This document shows, one piece after another, positions 1 through 8,621 of a DNA stretch of 64,000 nucleotides (its first letter is position 1; each line of letters starts with the position of its first letter). Made by a program: the position numbers and the translations under genes. The notes beneath the pieces were generated by a model that did not search any database, was not told the origin of the DNA, and worked only from the letters and a program-made list of their open reading frames with translations. Origin of the DNA: a virus; the IMG/VR virus record IMGVR_UViG_3300019458_000024, positions 18,209-82,208 of that record; one strand, 5' to 3'.

Positions 1-1
1 T

Positions 2-160
2 GTACTATATATAACTACAGACGCACCTCAAGTAGTTATCAAGGCTGCGTACAAAGCTCTTGTCAGTGTTCACCATCCTGATGTTGGAGGAAATGTAAAA
101 GATTTCCAAAAAATAGACGACGCCTACAAGAGAATTCTGAAACTTAAAGATAAAGGATAA
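2..160 (+). CDS. 3' end of a J-domain (DnaJ-like) protein, truncated by the window edge
   Basis: Manual translation of frame 2: VLYITTDAPQVVIKAAYKALVSVHHPDVGGNVKDFQKIDDAYKRILKLKDKG*. It has the J-domain IKAAY..HPD..GG..F..I..AY pattern. Confidence 0.85.
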   Translation, partial: VLYITTDAPQVVIKAAYKALVSVHHPDVGGNVKDFQKIDDAYKRILKLKDKG

Positions 161-178
161 ATTTTTTACAGTCTTCAT

Positions 179-208
179 TTGACAACTTTTGATCATTGAT
201 GGTAGTGT
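179..208 (+). promoter_or_regulatory. sigma70-like promoter
   Basis: TTGACA-N18-TAGTGT with an extended -10 TG, upstream of the replication cluster. The same -10 hexamer occurs at 59772. Confidence 0.55.
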
Positions 209-274
209 AAAACTTCGTCTCATAAAGATTTTAGGTAAGTCTTAGATTTCTGAGACGATTGAGGAGTACTGCGC

Positions 275-1324
275 TTGGAATACCTATTTGTTAAAAATCT
301 TCTTTTAGAACTTTTAAAACTCCTCTCATTACGTAATTGGGAAACCAAATTTACGCACAATGATGTAAAAGAAATTCTAAAATGTGAAGAACCTACATGT
401 GGTCTTGTTGTATCCTTAGGTGTGGAAAAAGGGTACTTTGAATTACAATTTCAAGACTACGTAATAACAAAAAATGGTAAGAGTGTAGGCGCTCAAATGA
501 GCATGTGTATGACACCTTTACCTACATGTAAAAGTGACGTAAGTGTTGAAAAAGACTCAAAAGATTTTTTGGGTCCTACCCTCAAAGCGACAGCTTTCTC
601 AATTTCTAGTGTTCTAAACAATGATCTCAAGGATCAAATAGATCTTAGAGATCTAGGTATTTCTACAATTACTAGTAATACGGTGTCGCGTGCGCGTGCG
701 CGCGTGAACGTAAATAACCTTAAAATAGCTAAAAAAGAAGAAGAAGTGAAATCCATTCTCTCAGGAGAGACTGCATCAGGAGATGATGAAACTGCGAAGT
801 GTTGGTTAATGGCAAAAGTTTATGAACAACAACTTCGTGAGTATAGAAACAAACCGTATATGGTGTTCTTTAAGAAATCTGAGTTGTCCCGTCAGACAAA
901 AACAGTGCTTAAACGAGCCTGTGCCTTTGCAGATGAACTTGGTGTAGATTTCACGACATATGTTCGAGCGCAGTTTTGGTGGTTTGATACCAACTTCTCA
1001 CAGGCTCCTGAACTTCATTACCTTGCCTCCAGTAGGTCCAAGTTCAATGCCAAGGAGCGCGTGAAGGTATTCTTGCAGGAAGCCTCTACAACGCAGCTAA
1101 TGAAGCCTGTGAGGAGCAGAGAGATGGTTCCTCCAAAATGGAATAACTCAGCTAAATTTGATCAGTGTGATGTGGTGTTGAAGCGTATGATGACTAACTA
1201 TAAACTAACCGAAGAAGAAGTGTTTAAAGCTTTTAAGGGGCACAGTATTGATTTGTTCTTTGATTCTGCGTGGTTAAAGCAGAATGAAACATATAAACGA
1301 CTTAGAGCAGCGGGCGAGGTTTAA
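275..1324 (+). CDS. hypothetical protein, possibly a replication initiator or helicase loader
   Basis: 349 aa ORF heading the replication cluster. It has a low-complexity S/T/N linker ending in SRARARVN, resembling linkers of phage initiators. Function is inferred. Confidence 0.4.
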   Translation: MEYLFVKNLLLELLKLLSLRNWETKFTHNDVKEILKCEEPTCGLVVSLGVEKGYFELQFQDYVITKNGKSVGAQMSMCMTPLPTCKSDVSVEKDSKDFLGPTLKATAFSISSVLNNDLKDQIDLRDLGISTITSNTVSRARARVNVNNLKIAKKEEEVKSILSGETASGDDETAKCWLMAKVYEQQLREYRNKPYMVFFKKSELSRQTKTVLKRACAFADELGVDFTTYVRAQFWWFDTNFSQAPELHYLASSRSKFNAKERVKVFLQEASTTQLMKPVRSREMVPPKWNNSAKFDQCDVVLKRMMTNYKLTEEEVFKAFKGHSIDLFFDSAWLKQNETYKRLRAAGEV

Positions 1325-1328
1325 ATCT

Positions 1329-4300
1329 ATGTCAGATAATAAGTCGGGCGGTCTATTCGCGTCCGGTGTGGATTACGTTCGTGAAGGTTCGGCTGTTTAT
1401 GTAGGTGAGCCTTCTCCATTGTCTGATGATTTTGTTCCTAGCGGAGAGAATCCTAAACTAAAGATTAATGAAAACTTTACTTTAGGACAATCTGACCCAT
1501 TCAAAAGTGTTGAATGGGAATTTCGAGACGTAGTTCTCACCAACCCACAGACAGGGGAAGAGGTTTTTAGTGGAAAGAATCTGGAATTTCCCAAAACTTG
1601 GTCACAGAACGCGGCCACGATTGTAGCTGAAAAGTATTTCAGATTCGTTCTGCAGGATGACGGTACGAAGGTTAAAGAGATATCTGTAAAGCAGATGATT
1701 TCAAGGGTCGCTAGTACTATTGCACGTTGGGGGCAAATTGGCGGCTACCTCAGTGAGATTGGCGCTCGAAAGTTTTATAATGAATTGTCTTATATTCTTG
1801 TGAACCAAATAGCTGCGTTCAACAGTCCGGTTTGGTTCAATATTGGAACTAATAAAGGGCTGCCTCAAACAGAAGCAGCTTCAGCATGTTTTATTGTTTC
1901 TTTGCAAGATACTATGGAATCGATTCTTGAGCTGGCTAAGACTGAAGGTACTCTTTACAAAGGCGGATCAGGCTCTGGGGTGAATTACTCAAATCTTAGA
2001 TCATCTCGTGAGAAATTGAGTGTTGGAGGAACTTCCTCTGGTCCTGTTCCTTTTATGTTGAAAGATGATTTCAATGCAGGTGCTGTGCGCAGTGGAGGTA
2101 CGTGCCTAGCTCCCTACCAGAGGGTATATACCGCTGAAGGGCCCGTGGCTGTAGAAGAACTTGCTAAACTGGAAAGCTTTATTGTTTTGAGTTTTGATCC
2201 TCCTGCAGGTCGTTACAAAGCCAAGAAGGCGCGTGCGTGGAAAGCTGGTAGAAAGAATGTAGTTAAGATTGTTACTGATAAGGGTGAATTTCACGTAACT
2301 GATGACCATCCTATTAAACTGTCGTCAGCAAACTTTGTGAAAGCGGGCGACCTAACACCAGGTTTGTCTTTATTTGCTTGTTGTATTGACGACCGGGCCG
2401 GTTATGTTCGTGTTAATTTGCGAAATGGTCGAAAAGGTAAGGAGTTTTTCCATAGATTGATAGCTTCCGATGTTGGTGGGTATGATATAGACAATCTTGT
2501 TGTGCATCACAAGGACCACAACAAAATCAACAACGCACTTTCAAATCTTGAGGTGATGACACAATCTTCGCACGCCTTTCAACACAATAAAGAACTAGTA
2601 GATGTGGGAGACCATGTATTCCAGCGTAGATCATTTCCAAAGGCTGGTCGTGCAAATGGTATGCACAGCAGTTCTGCGTTCTGGGACTCTCCGGAAAAAT
2701 TAACTGCCTATCGATCACGTTTAGCCGCTGCTATTAAGCCTCACGCACGAGAAATGCAAAAAGCAGCTGGTCAACAACGCATGATGAACACCGCGTATAC
2801 ACTACTTAATGCTGGGTGTGCAATTGATACATTTGAGCAATATGTGGTGAGTAGAAAGCAGATTTTAGGACGTATTAGTAGTGTTTCCAAATTAAGGAAA
2901 ATGCTTAACCATAGATTTGATAATTACGATAATTTTCTCAAAGAAGTAAATGCTAACAATCACCGTGTAATCAGTGTTGTTCGTGTAGGAGAGATGGACG
3001 TTTATGACGTTGAGGTTGAGTGCCCCACGCTAGATGACAAAAGCCCAATGACCGGGCACAATTTCGTTATCTGGTGTGACGATTCCAATTTTGGCTCTGG
3101 TGTTGTTGTAGCAAACACACGCAGAGCGGCAAAAATGACAATTCTAAATATAGACCATGGAGATATTTTAGAATTCATTCAATGCAAAGCTAAAGGGGAG
3201 GAAGTAGCACATGCTCTGATTGATTCCGGTAAATTTTCTGGAGACTTCAGAGACCGCTGGGGTGCTTATGCTATTGCTCCATTTCAAAACGCCAATCACT
3301 CAGTACGTGTGACTGATGAATTCATGAAGGCTGTTGAGAATGACGATACTTGGAATCTACTAGCCAGGGACGGCACTGCGTTGCAGATTGTTAAAGCACG
3401 CACTCTGTGGGATGAGATTTGTAAGGCTGCTTGGTTTTGCGGTGATCCTGGTTTGCAGTTTGATACTACAATTAATAAATGGCACACCAGTCCAGCTAGT
3501 GGACGAATTAGCGGATCAAACCCGTGTTGTCTGACTGGTGATACGCTAGTTGAGACTTCTGAGGGGCGGATTCGAATTGATAAGCTGGTTGATATGTATA
3601 ATGCGGGTGAGAAACTACCGCAAGCATTTGCTTGGGATGAGTCTGCAAACCTTCCCGTGCTGCGTCCCATAACCAAGGCGTGGAAAGCTGGGGACACTAC
3701 TTCGCTTGTTATTGTCACAACCGACAAGGGCGCGACAATCAAGTGTACACCCGAACACAAGTTTTTGTTGCGTAACGGTTCGTGGGTTCAAGCTTGTGAT
3801 TTGAATCCTGGAATGCGGCTACGTAAAATAGGACGTTGGGCCAATGAACAGCGGTCTGATCGTTGGCACATCAATCACAAAACAACCATGTCCGCCCCAA
3901 ATGGAACTTCTATCCAAGCCCGATGGATGTGGGAACAAGCTAACGGACCAATACCTCCGGGCTATGCCATCCATCATTTAAACGGTGACCCCACTGATGA
4001 TCGACTTTCAAATCTAGAGATGATAACGCGTTTTGAGCACGCAAGTGGCCACGCAAGCGGTGCTGAAAATTCTCGCTTCATGGAAGTGCGCCCAGAAGTG
4101 TTGGTAGAAATTTACGAGGAGATTGAAGCTACTCCAAAACGGACCCATAAAAATGGTATTGCGGTTACGCCGGCCCGATGGAATAGCTTCATAAAGAGAA
4201 GAGGGCTTATTGGAAAGGTGCCAATGGCACAGAGTCCGTCCACAGGTGGACGTATACAAGGTATGGCTTGGAGCCAATTTGTTGAGTTCATTGAAGACCA

Positions 4301-6035
4301 CCGTGGCGATGTTAATGACTGTGTAGTGTCTGTATCTAGAGACGACCGCACAGACTCTACATGTTGGGCTGTGTATGATTTAGAGATTGAAGGTGTTCAT
4401 AATTTTTCCGTCGGTACGCAAGGCGTGGACCACGGGATTATTGTTCACAACTCAGAATACATGTTTCTGGATGATTCAAGCTGCAACTTAGCGTCGATCA
4501 ACTTGCTCAAGTTTTTGCGTTCCGATGGGATGTTTGATGTTGATGGTTACCTTCACACGATTGACGTATTGATTACGGCAATGGAAATTCTTGTTGGATA
4601 TGCAAAATATCCGACTAAGAAAATTGAGGAGAATAGCCACAATTTCCGCCCTCTAGGTCTGGGCTACACTAACCTCGGGGCTTTGCTGATGTCTCAAGGA
4701 ATGGCTTACGACAGTGTTGAAGGTCGTACACAAGCGGCATTGTTAGCTTCAATCCTTACTGGTCGCGCGTATCGCCGTAGTGCTGAAATAGCCTCAGTAG
4801 TTGGTCCTTTCGAAGATTATGATGTCAATCGTGCTTCCATGTTGAATGTTATGAATATGCATCTCAATTCTATGAATGCAGTATCTGCCCGGACGGACCA
4901 AGAGTCTTTGTTGGAAAATACTGCTAAAAACGCTTGGAAAGAGTGTATTTCTCTGGGCAACAAATATGGTTATAGAAATGCACAAGCAAGTGTGATGGCA
5001 CCTACTGGAACTATTGCTTTTTTAATGGACTGCGACACCACTGGCATTGAACCTGATTTATCGTTAAATAAAACGAAAAAACTCGTTGGTGGTGGGACAA
5101 TGAAGATTGTAAATAAACAAGTTGAACCAGCTTTGAAGGCTTTTCGCTATTCAGACTCTGATATTACAAGTATTTTGACCAAGATTAGGGAAACCGGGTC
5201 CGCCGCTAATTCTCCTTTATTGGAGTGTCACCAAAATGTGTTTGCGACAAGTTTTCCAGATCCGGTGAGTGGTAGATTCATTAGACCTGAAGCGCATGTT
5301 CTCATGATGGCGGCTATCCAACCATTCGTCAGTGGCGCTCTATCCAAGACAGTCAATATGTCAAACACAGCTACTGTGGAAGACATTGGCAAAGTATATA
5401 TGGAGGCTTGGAAGCTTGGCCTCAAAGCTATTGCTTTATACAGAGATGGCTGCAAGCGCACACAACCGTTGTCTGTTGAGAACGCTGTTGTAGAGTCTGA
5501 AACAGCGCCAGAACCTTTGCAAGTTCGTAGGAAATTACCCAACGACTGTGTAGCGCACAGGCACCATTTTAAAATCAGTCAACACGCAGGATATCTGCAT
5601 ATCGGGCTGTATCCAGATGGAAAACCTGGAGAACTTTTTATTCAAATGGCCAAAGAAGGTTCCACCGTGTCTGGTTTGATGGATGCAATTGGGGTTCTTA
5701 CGTCTATTGCGCTGCAGTATGGAGTTCCTCTTGACGTATTGGTGGAAAAATTCTCTTACACTCAATTTGAGCCGGCCGGCATGACTAGTAATGAGGATAT
5801 AAAGTTCGCGCAAAGTCCTCTAGACTATATTTTCAGATTCCTTGGCTCTCAGTTTTCAGTTGAAGAAAATCCAACTGTTGAAGTAAAAGACTTGTCAAAA
5901 AGTGACGATACACGTATAAAAAGTGTGCTTAACGGCGCTTATGGTCAAGTATGTACTAATTGCGGCAATGGAATGCAGCGCGCCGGATCTTGCCTAACGT
6001 GTTCAACCTGTGGTAATACATCAGGATGTGGTTAA
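1329..6035 (+). CDS. nrdJ: class II (adenosylcobalamin-dependent) ribonucleotide reductase with two inteins and a C-terminal TSCPD/Zn-ribbon region
   Basis: Motifs FNSPVWFN, SACF, GGSGSG, TRRAAKM, NPC..SEY..CNLASINL, RPLGLG, APTGTI, SKTVN, YRDGCK, GELFI and terminal CxxC..CxxC. Probable start is ATG 1329; the ORF track opens at 1284. Confidence 0.95.
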   Translation: MSDNKSGGLFASGVDYVREGSAVYVGEPSPLSDDFVPSGENPKLKINENFTLGQSDPFKSVEWEFRDVVLTNPQTGEEVFSGKNLEFPKTWSQNAATIVAEKYFRFVLQDDGTKVKEISVKQMISRVASTIARWGQIGGYLSEIGARKFYNELSYILVNQIAAFNSPVWFNIGTNKGLPQTEAASACFIVSLQDTMESILELAKTEGTLYKGGSGSGVNYSNLRSSREKLSVGGTSSGPVPFMLKDDFNAGAVRSGGTCLAPYQRVYTAEGPVAVEELAKLESFIVLSFDPPAGRYKAKKARAWKAGRKNVVKIVTDKGEFHVTDDHPIKLSSANFVKAGDLTPGLSLFACCIDDRAGYVRVNLRNGRKGKEFFHRLIASDVGGYDIDNLVVHHKDHNKINNALSNLEVMTQSSHAFQHNKELVDVGDHVFQRRSFPKAGRANGMHSSSAFWDSPEKLTAYRSRLAAAIKPHAREMQKAAGQQRMMNTAYTLLNAGCAIDTFEQYVVSRKQILGRISSVSKLRKMLNHRFDNYDNFLKEVNANNHRVISVVRVGEMDVYDVEVECPTLDDKSPMTGHNFVIWCDDSNFGSGVVVANTRRAAKMTILNIDHGDILEFIQCKAKGEEVAHALIDSGKFSGDFRDRWGAYAIAPFQNANHSVRVTDEFMKAVENDDTWNLLARDGTALQIVKARTLWDEICKAAWFCGDPGLQFDTTINKWHTSPASGRISGSNPCCLTGDTLVETSEGRIRIDKLVDMYNAGEKLPQAFAWDESANLPVLRPITKAWKAGDTTSLVIVTTDKGATIKCTPEHKFLLRNGSWVQACDLNPGMRLRKIGRWANEQRSDRWHINHKTTMSAPNGTSIQARWMWEQANGPIPPGYAIHHLNGDPTDDRLSNLEMITRFEHASGHASGAENSRFMEVRPEVLVEIYEEIEATPKRTHKNGIAVTPARWNSFIKRRGLIGKVPMAQSPSTGGRIQGMAWSQFVEFIEDHRGDVNDCVVSVSRDDRTDSTCWAVYDLEIEGVHNFSVGTQGVDHGIIVHNSEYMFLDDSSCNLASINLLKFLRSDGMFDVDGYLHTIDVLITAMEILVGYAKYPTKKIEENSHNFRPLGLGYTNLGALLMSQGMAYDSVEGRTQAALLASILTGRAYRRSAEIASVVGPFEDYDVNRASMLNVMNMHLNSMNAVSARTDQESLLENTAKNAWKECISLGNKYGYRNAQASVMAPTGTIAFLMDCDTTGIEPDLSLNKTKKLVGGGTMKIVNKQVEPALKAFRYSDSDITSILTKIRETGSAANSPLLECHQNVFATSFPDPVSGRFIRPEAHVLMMAAIQPFVSGALSKTVNMSNTATVEDIGKVYMEAWKLGLKAIALYRDGCKRTQPLSVENAVVESETAPEPLQVRRKLPNDCVAHRHHFKISQHAGYLHIGLYPDGKPGELFIQMAKEGSTVSGLMDAIGVLTSIALQYGVPLDVLVEKFSYTQFEPAGMTSNEDIKFAQSPLDYIFRFLGSQFSVEENPTVEVKDLSKSDDTRIKSVLNGAYGQVCTNCGNGMQRAGSCLTCSTCGNTSGCG
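2103..3116 (+). mobile_element. intein 1 in NrdJ (338 aa) with HNH homing endonuclease
   Basis: SGGT|CLAPYQRVYT...VTDDHP (block B)...VVHHKDHNKINNALSNLE (HNH)...VYDVEV...HNF..VVAN|TRRAAKM. Removal restores SGGTTRRAAKM. Confidence 0.93.
3528..4451 (+). mobile_element. intein 2 in NrdJ (308 aa) with HNH homing endonuclease
   Basis: SNPC|CLTGDTLV...CTPEHKF...IHHLNGDPTDDRLSNLE...VYDLEIEGVHNF..IIVHN|SEYMF. Removal restores the active-site NPCSE. Confidence 0.95.
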
Positions 6036-6070
6036 ATGAATTTTCTATCCAGCGTCTTAGGGGGTAAATA

Positions 6071-6280
6071 ATGTCCGGTAAAATAAATCTAACAGTGGGT
6101 GAGATGCAAGGAAACTTGCGCCAGCTGTTGGAATCTGATATTAATCTTAGTCCAGAGCAGCGTTACAGTTTAGTAGCTGCTATAGAGACTATTGATTTTC
6201 TGAAAAAGATTTCACCAGGACTTAGAAAGGCTTTAGGTGAGCATGGTAGTGGGAAAGGTGCAAAGCAAAAACGTAAATAG
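6071..6280 (+). CDS. hypothetical protein
   Basis: 69 aa ORF with an AGGGGG RBS, in operon order. Confidence 0.6.
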   Translation: MSGKINLTVGEMQGNLRQLLESDINLSPEQRYSLVAAIETIDFLKKISPGLRKALGEHGSGKGAKQKRK

Positions 6281-6304
6281 TACTTTTTTTGTTTTTATTA
6301 ATTT

Positions 6305-7750
6305 ATGAACGCACAGAAGTTCTCTTTTGGTAGAGACTTCCAGATAGGGATCTTAGCGCTGATGATGCAGCGCTTTGAATTTCTATTAATGGCAGTTGAA
6401 CTCGTACCAGCAGACTCATTTGAGGACAAGATTCTCATTTGGTTTTTTAATACGACGAAAGAATATTATACACAACATAAAGAAGCTCCCTCTAGATCTG
6501 TAATTGAAAATGAATTACTTAAGGCGTGTAAAACAAAAATTTTTAAGGAAAATGAGATTGATGAGTATTTCAAAGTCTCCGAGAAGTTGTGGGAAACTGT
6601 TCAATCTCAAAACTATGTAGTGAATGAAGTTATTAGGTTTTGCAGGAGACAAGCCTGCCGTAAAGCATACCTTGAGACTGCTCCTCTTATGGACTCTGCT
6701 GGTGAGGATGAGTGGGATCAGATTGTAGACAAAATAACTGACGCCAGAAATATAGGATTAAATTATCTAGAGGACGGGCACTGGTACTTCAAAGAAGTTA
6801 GAGCAAGGTGTAACAGAAGATTGAATAACATGGCAGTAAAGCAATCCCACACAGGAATATCAGGATATAACCCTACTTTCAAAGTAAAGGTAAATTTGGA
6901 TGATATTTTAGGCGGTGGGCTAAACCAAGGACAATTAGGTATTTGGATGGGTAAGAGCGGCGGAGGTAAATCCATTGCTCTTTGTCATATTGGGAAACGT
7001 GCAGTTATTCAGGGGCAAAAGGTCATCCATTACACTCTAGAATTGGATGAGGATCAAATTGCCAGCAGGTACGATGCTAATTGGGCGGATGTAGACCATA
7101 GGAAACTAGTAAAAAACACCGCTAAAGTAGTTTCTGAGATCGAGAGGCTTGGAACACTTCAAGGTTATGAGGACCGTTTAATTATCCAATTCTTTCCAAC
7201 CGGATCTGTGACTGTTAATGCAATTAGAAGCCATTTACGTCAACTCGCCAGTGTAGGATGGCTCCCAGATGTTATTATTGTTGACTATATAGACCTACTT
7301 AAACCGACAACTAACTACAAAGATCAATATCAAGACCTTGGTGTTATTTCTCAAGATCTTAGAGGACTTGCTGGTGAGTTGGAAGTACCAATGTGGACGG
7401 CTTCTCAAGTTAATCGTCCCGGTTACAATCTAGAAGTTGTGGATTTAGACCATATGGGTGATAGTATGCAGAAGGCATATATAGCCGATGTGGTTCTGGC
7501 CATTTGTGCTGATAGAGATGAGAAGCAGAAGGGAATTATGCGGATCAACGTAGCAAAAAATCGCAATGGTCCAGATAAGATTCAGGTGGGTATTCGTACT
7601 GATTTTCCTAAAATGTCTTTGTATAAAGAATCTGCTGATGCGACGGACTGGCCAAGCCCTTCAGCAAAGAAGAAGGCCAATACCAATATTCCTGAAGAAG
7701 ATCAAGCACCTGGGTTGCCTGATAAAAACGTGCATGAGGAGGATAAGTGA
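6305..7750 (+). CDS. DnaB/gp41-like replicative helicase
   Basis: Walker A GKSGGGKS, YTLEL, IIVDYIDLL, WTASQVNR, ADVVL, KNRNG. Confidence 0.93.
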   Translation: MNAQKFSFGRDFQIGILALMMQRFEFLLMAVELVPADSFEDKILIWFFNTTKEYYTQHKEAPSRSVIENELLKACKTKIFKENEIDEYFKVSEKLWETVQSQNYVVNEVIRFCRRQACRKAYLETAPLMDSAGEDEWDQIVDKITDARNIGLNYLEDGHWYFKEVRARCNRRLNNMAVKQSHTGISGYNPTFKVKVNLDDILGGGLNQGQLGIWMGKSGGGKSIALCHIGKRAVIQGQKVIHYTLELDEDQIASRYDANWADVDHRKLVKNTAKVVSEIERLGTLQGYEDRLIIQFFPTGSVTVNAIRSHLRQLASVGWLPDVIIVDYIDLLKPTTNYKDQYQDLGVISQDLRGLAGELEVPMWTASQVNRPGYNLEVVDLDHMGDSMQKAYIADVVLAICADRDEKQKGIMRINVAKNRNGPDKIQVGIRTDFPKMSLYKESADATDWPSPSAKKKANTNIPEEDQAPGLPDKNVHEEDK

Positions 7751-8301
7751 GTTCAACTAACAGAGGGTCTGTAAGAAAATTAGATGATTTGTACGAGACA
7801 CCAGAGTGGCTTACAGAGTCTATAATTCCAGAATTATTGAGTAGAATTGTAAGACCTCAAGATTGTAAGGTTTTAGAACCTGCTTGTGGAAAAGGACTAA
7901 TGGTGAGGGTTCTTAATAAGTATTTTCACAACATTACTGCTACTGATATTAACAGCTCGCCATCCGTAAACTTTTTGAATTCCAATATGCCACCAAAACC
8001 TACATTCGATTTGATCATCACCAACCCACCTTATATACATGCAATGGAGTTTATTAAAAAGGCTCTAGAATGGCGTAGGACGCCTGAATCAGTGGTAGCT
8101 ATGTTGCTTAGGCTTAACTTCTTAGGAAGCCGTAGAAGGGCTGTATGGCTTCGTGAGCATATACCAGCCGTGTATGTCACACCGCACAGACCGTCTTTCA
8201 TAAATGGTAAGACAGATTCTACAGAATATGCTTGGTTTATATGGCAACAACCCTTTGAAAAGACTAGTGAACTTGGAATATTGGAAACAGAAAACACCTG
8301 A
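7747..8301 (+). CDS. small phage DNA amino-methyltransferase (probably N6-adenine)
   Basis: DLYETP, VLEPACGKG (SAM-binding), IITNPPY (catalytic), LLRLNFL, EYAWFIW. Confidence 0.88.
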   Translation: MSSTNRGSVRKLDDLYETPEWLTESIIPELLSRIVRPQDCKVLEPACGKGLMVRVLNKYFHNITATDINSSPSVNFLNSNMPPKPTFDLIITNPPYIHAMEFIKKALEWRRTPESVVAMLLRLNFLGSRRRAVWLREHIPAVYVTPHRPSFINGKTDSTEYAWFIWQQPFEKTSELGILETENT

Positions 8302-8324
8302 ATGTCATACTAGTATGTGAAACT

Positions 8325-8621
8325 ATGTTCAGATCATATGATTTTTGTTGTGATGATTGTGTTTTGACATTTGATGCTCTTGTGGATAAAGAGGCAACGG
8401 AAGAGCCTTGTCCTGATTGTGGTAAGCCGGCGTACAAAATAATGAGCGCTCCGAGTATTATAACTGGCAACGATCCTGAGTCTAGAAAGCAAAAATTGTT
8501 GAAAAGATCCCAAGAACACACTAGGTCTGAACATAAAAAAAATCCGGAAAAATTGGCCGCGCAACTAGGTGGAACTCCTAAAGCTCAATCTCCTTGGAAT
8601 ATAAGATCTTCAAAGAAATGA
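8325..8621 (+). CDS. FmdB-like zinc-ribbon protein
   Basis: YDFCCDDC..F....CPDCGK..KIMSAP pattern. Confidence 0.7.
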   Translation: MFRSYDFCCDDCVLTFDALVDKEATEEPCPDCGKPAYKIMSAPSIITGNDPESRKQKLLKRSQEHTRSEHKKNPEKLAAQLGGTPKAQSPWNIRSSKK

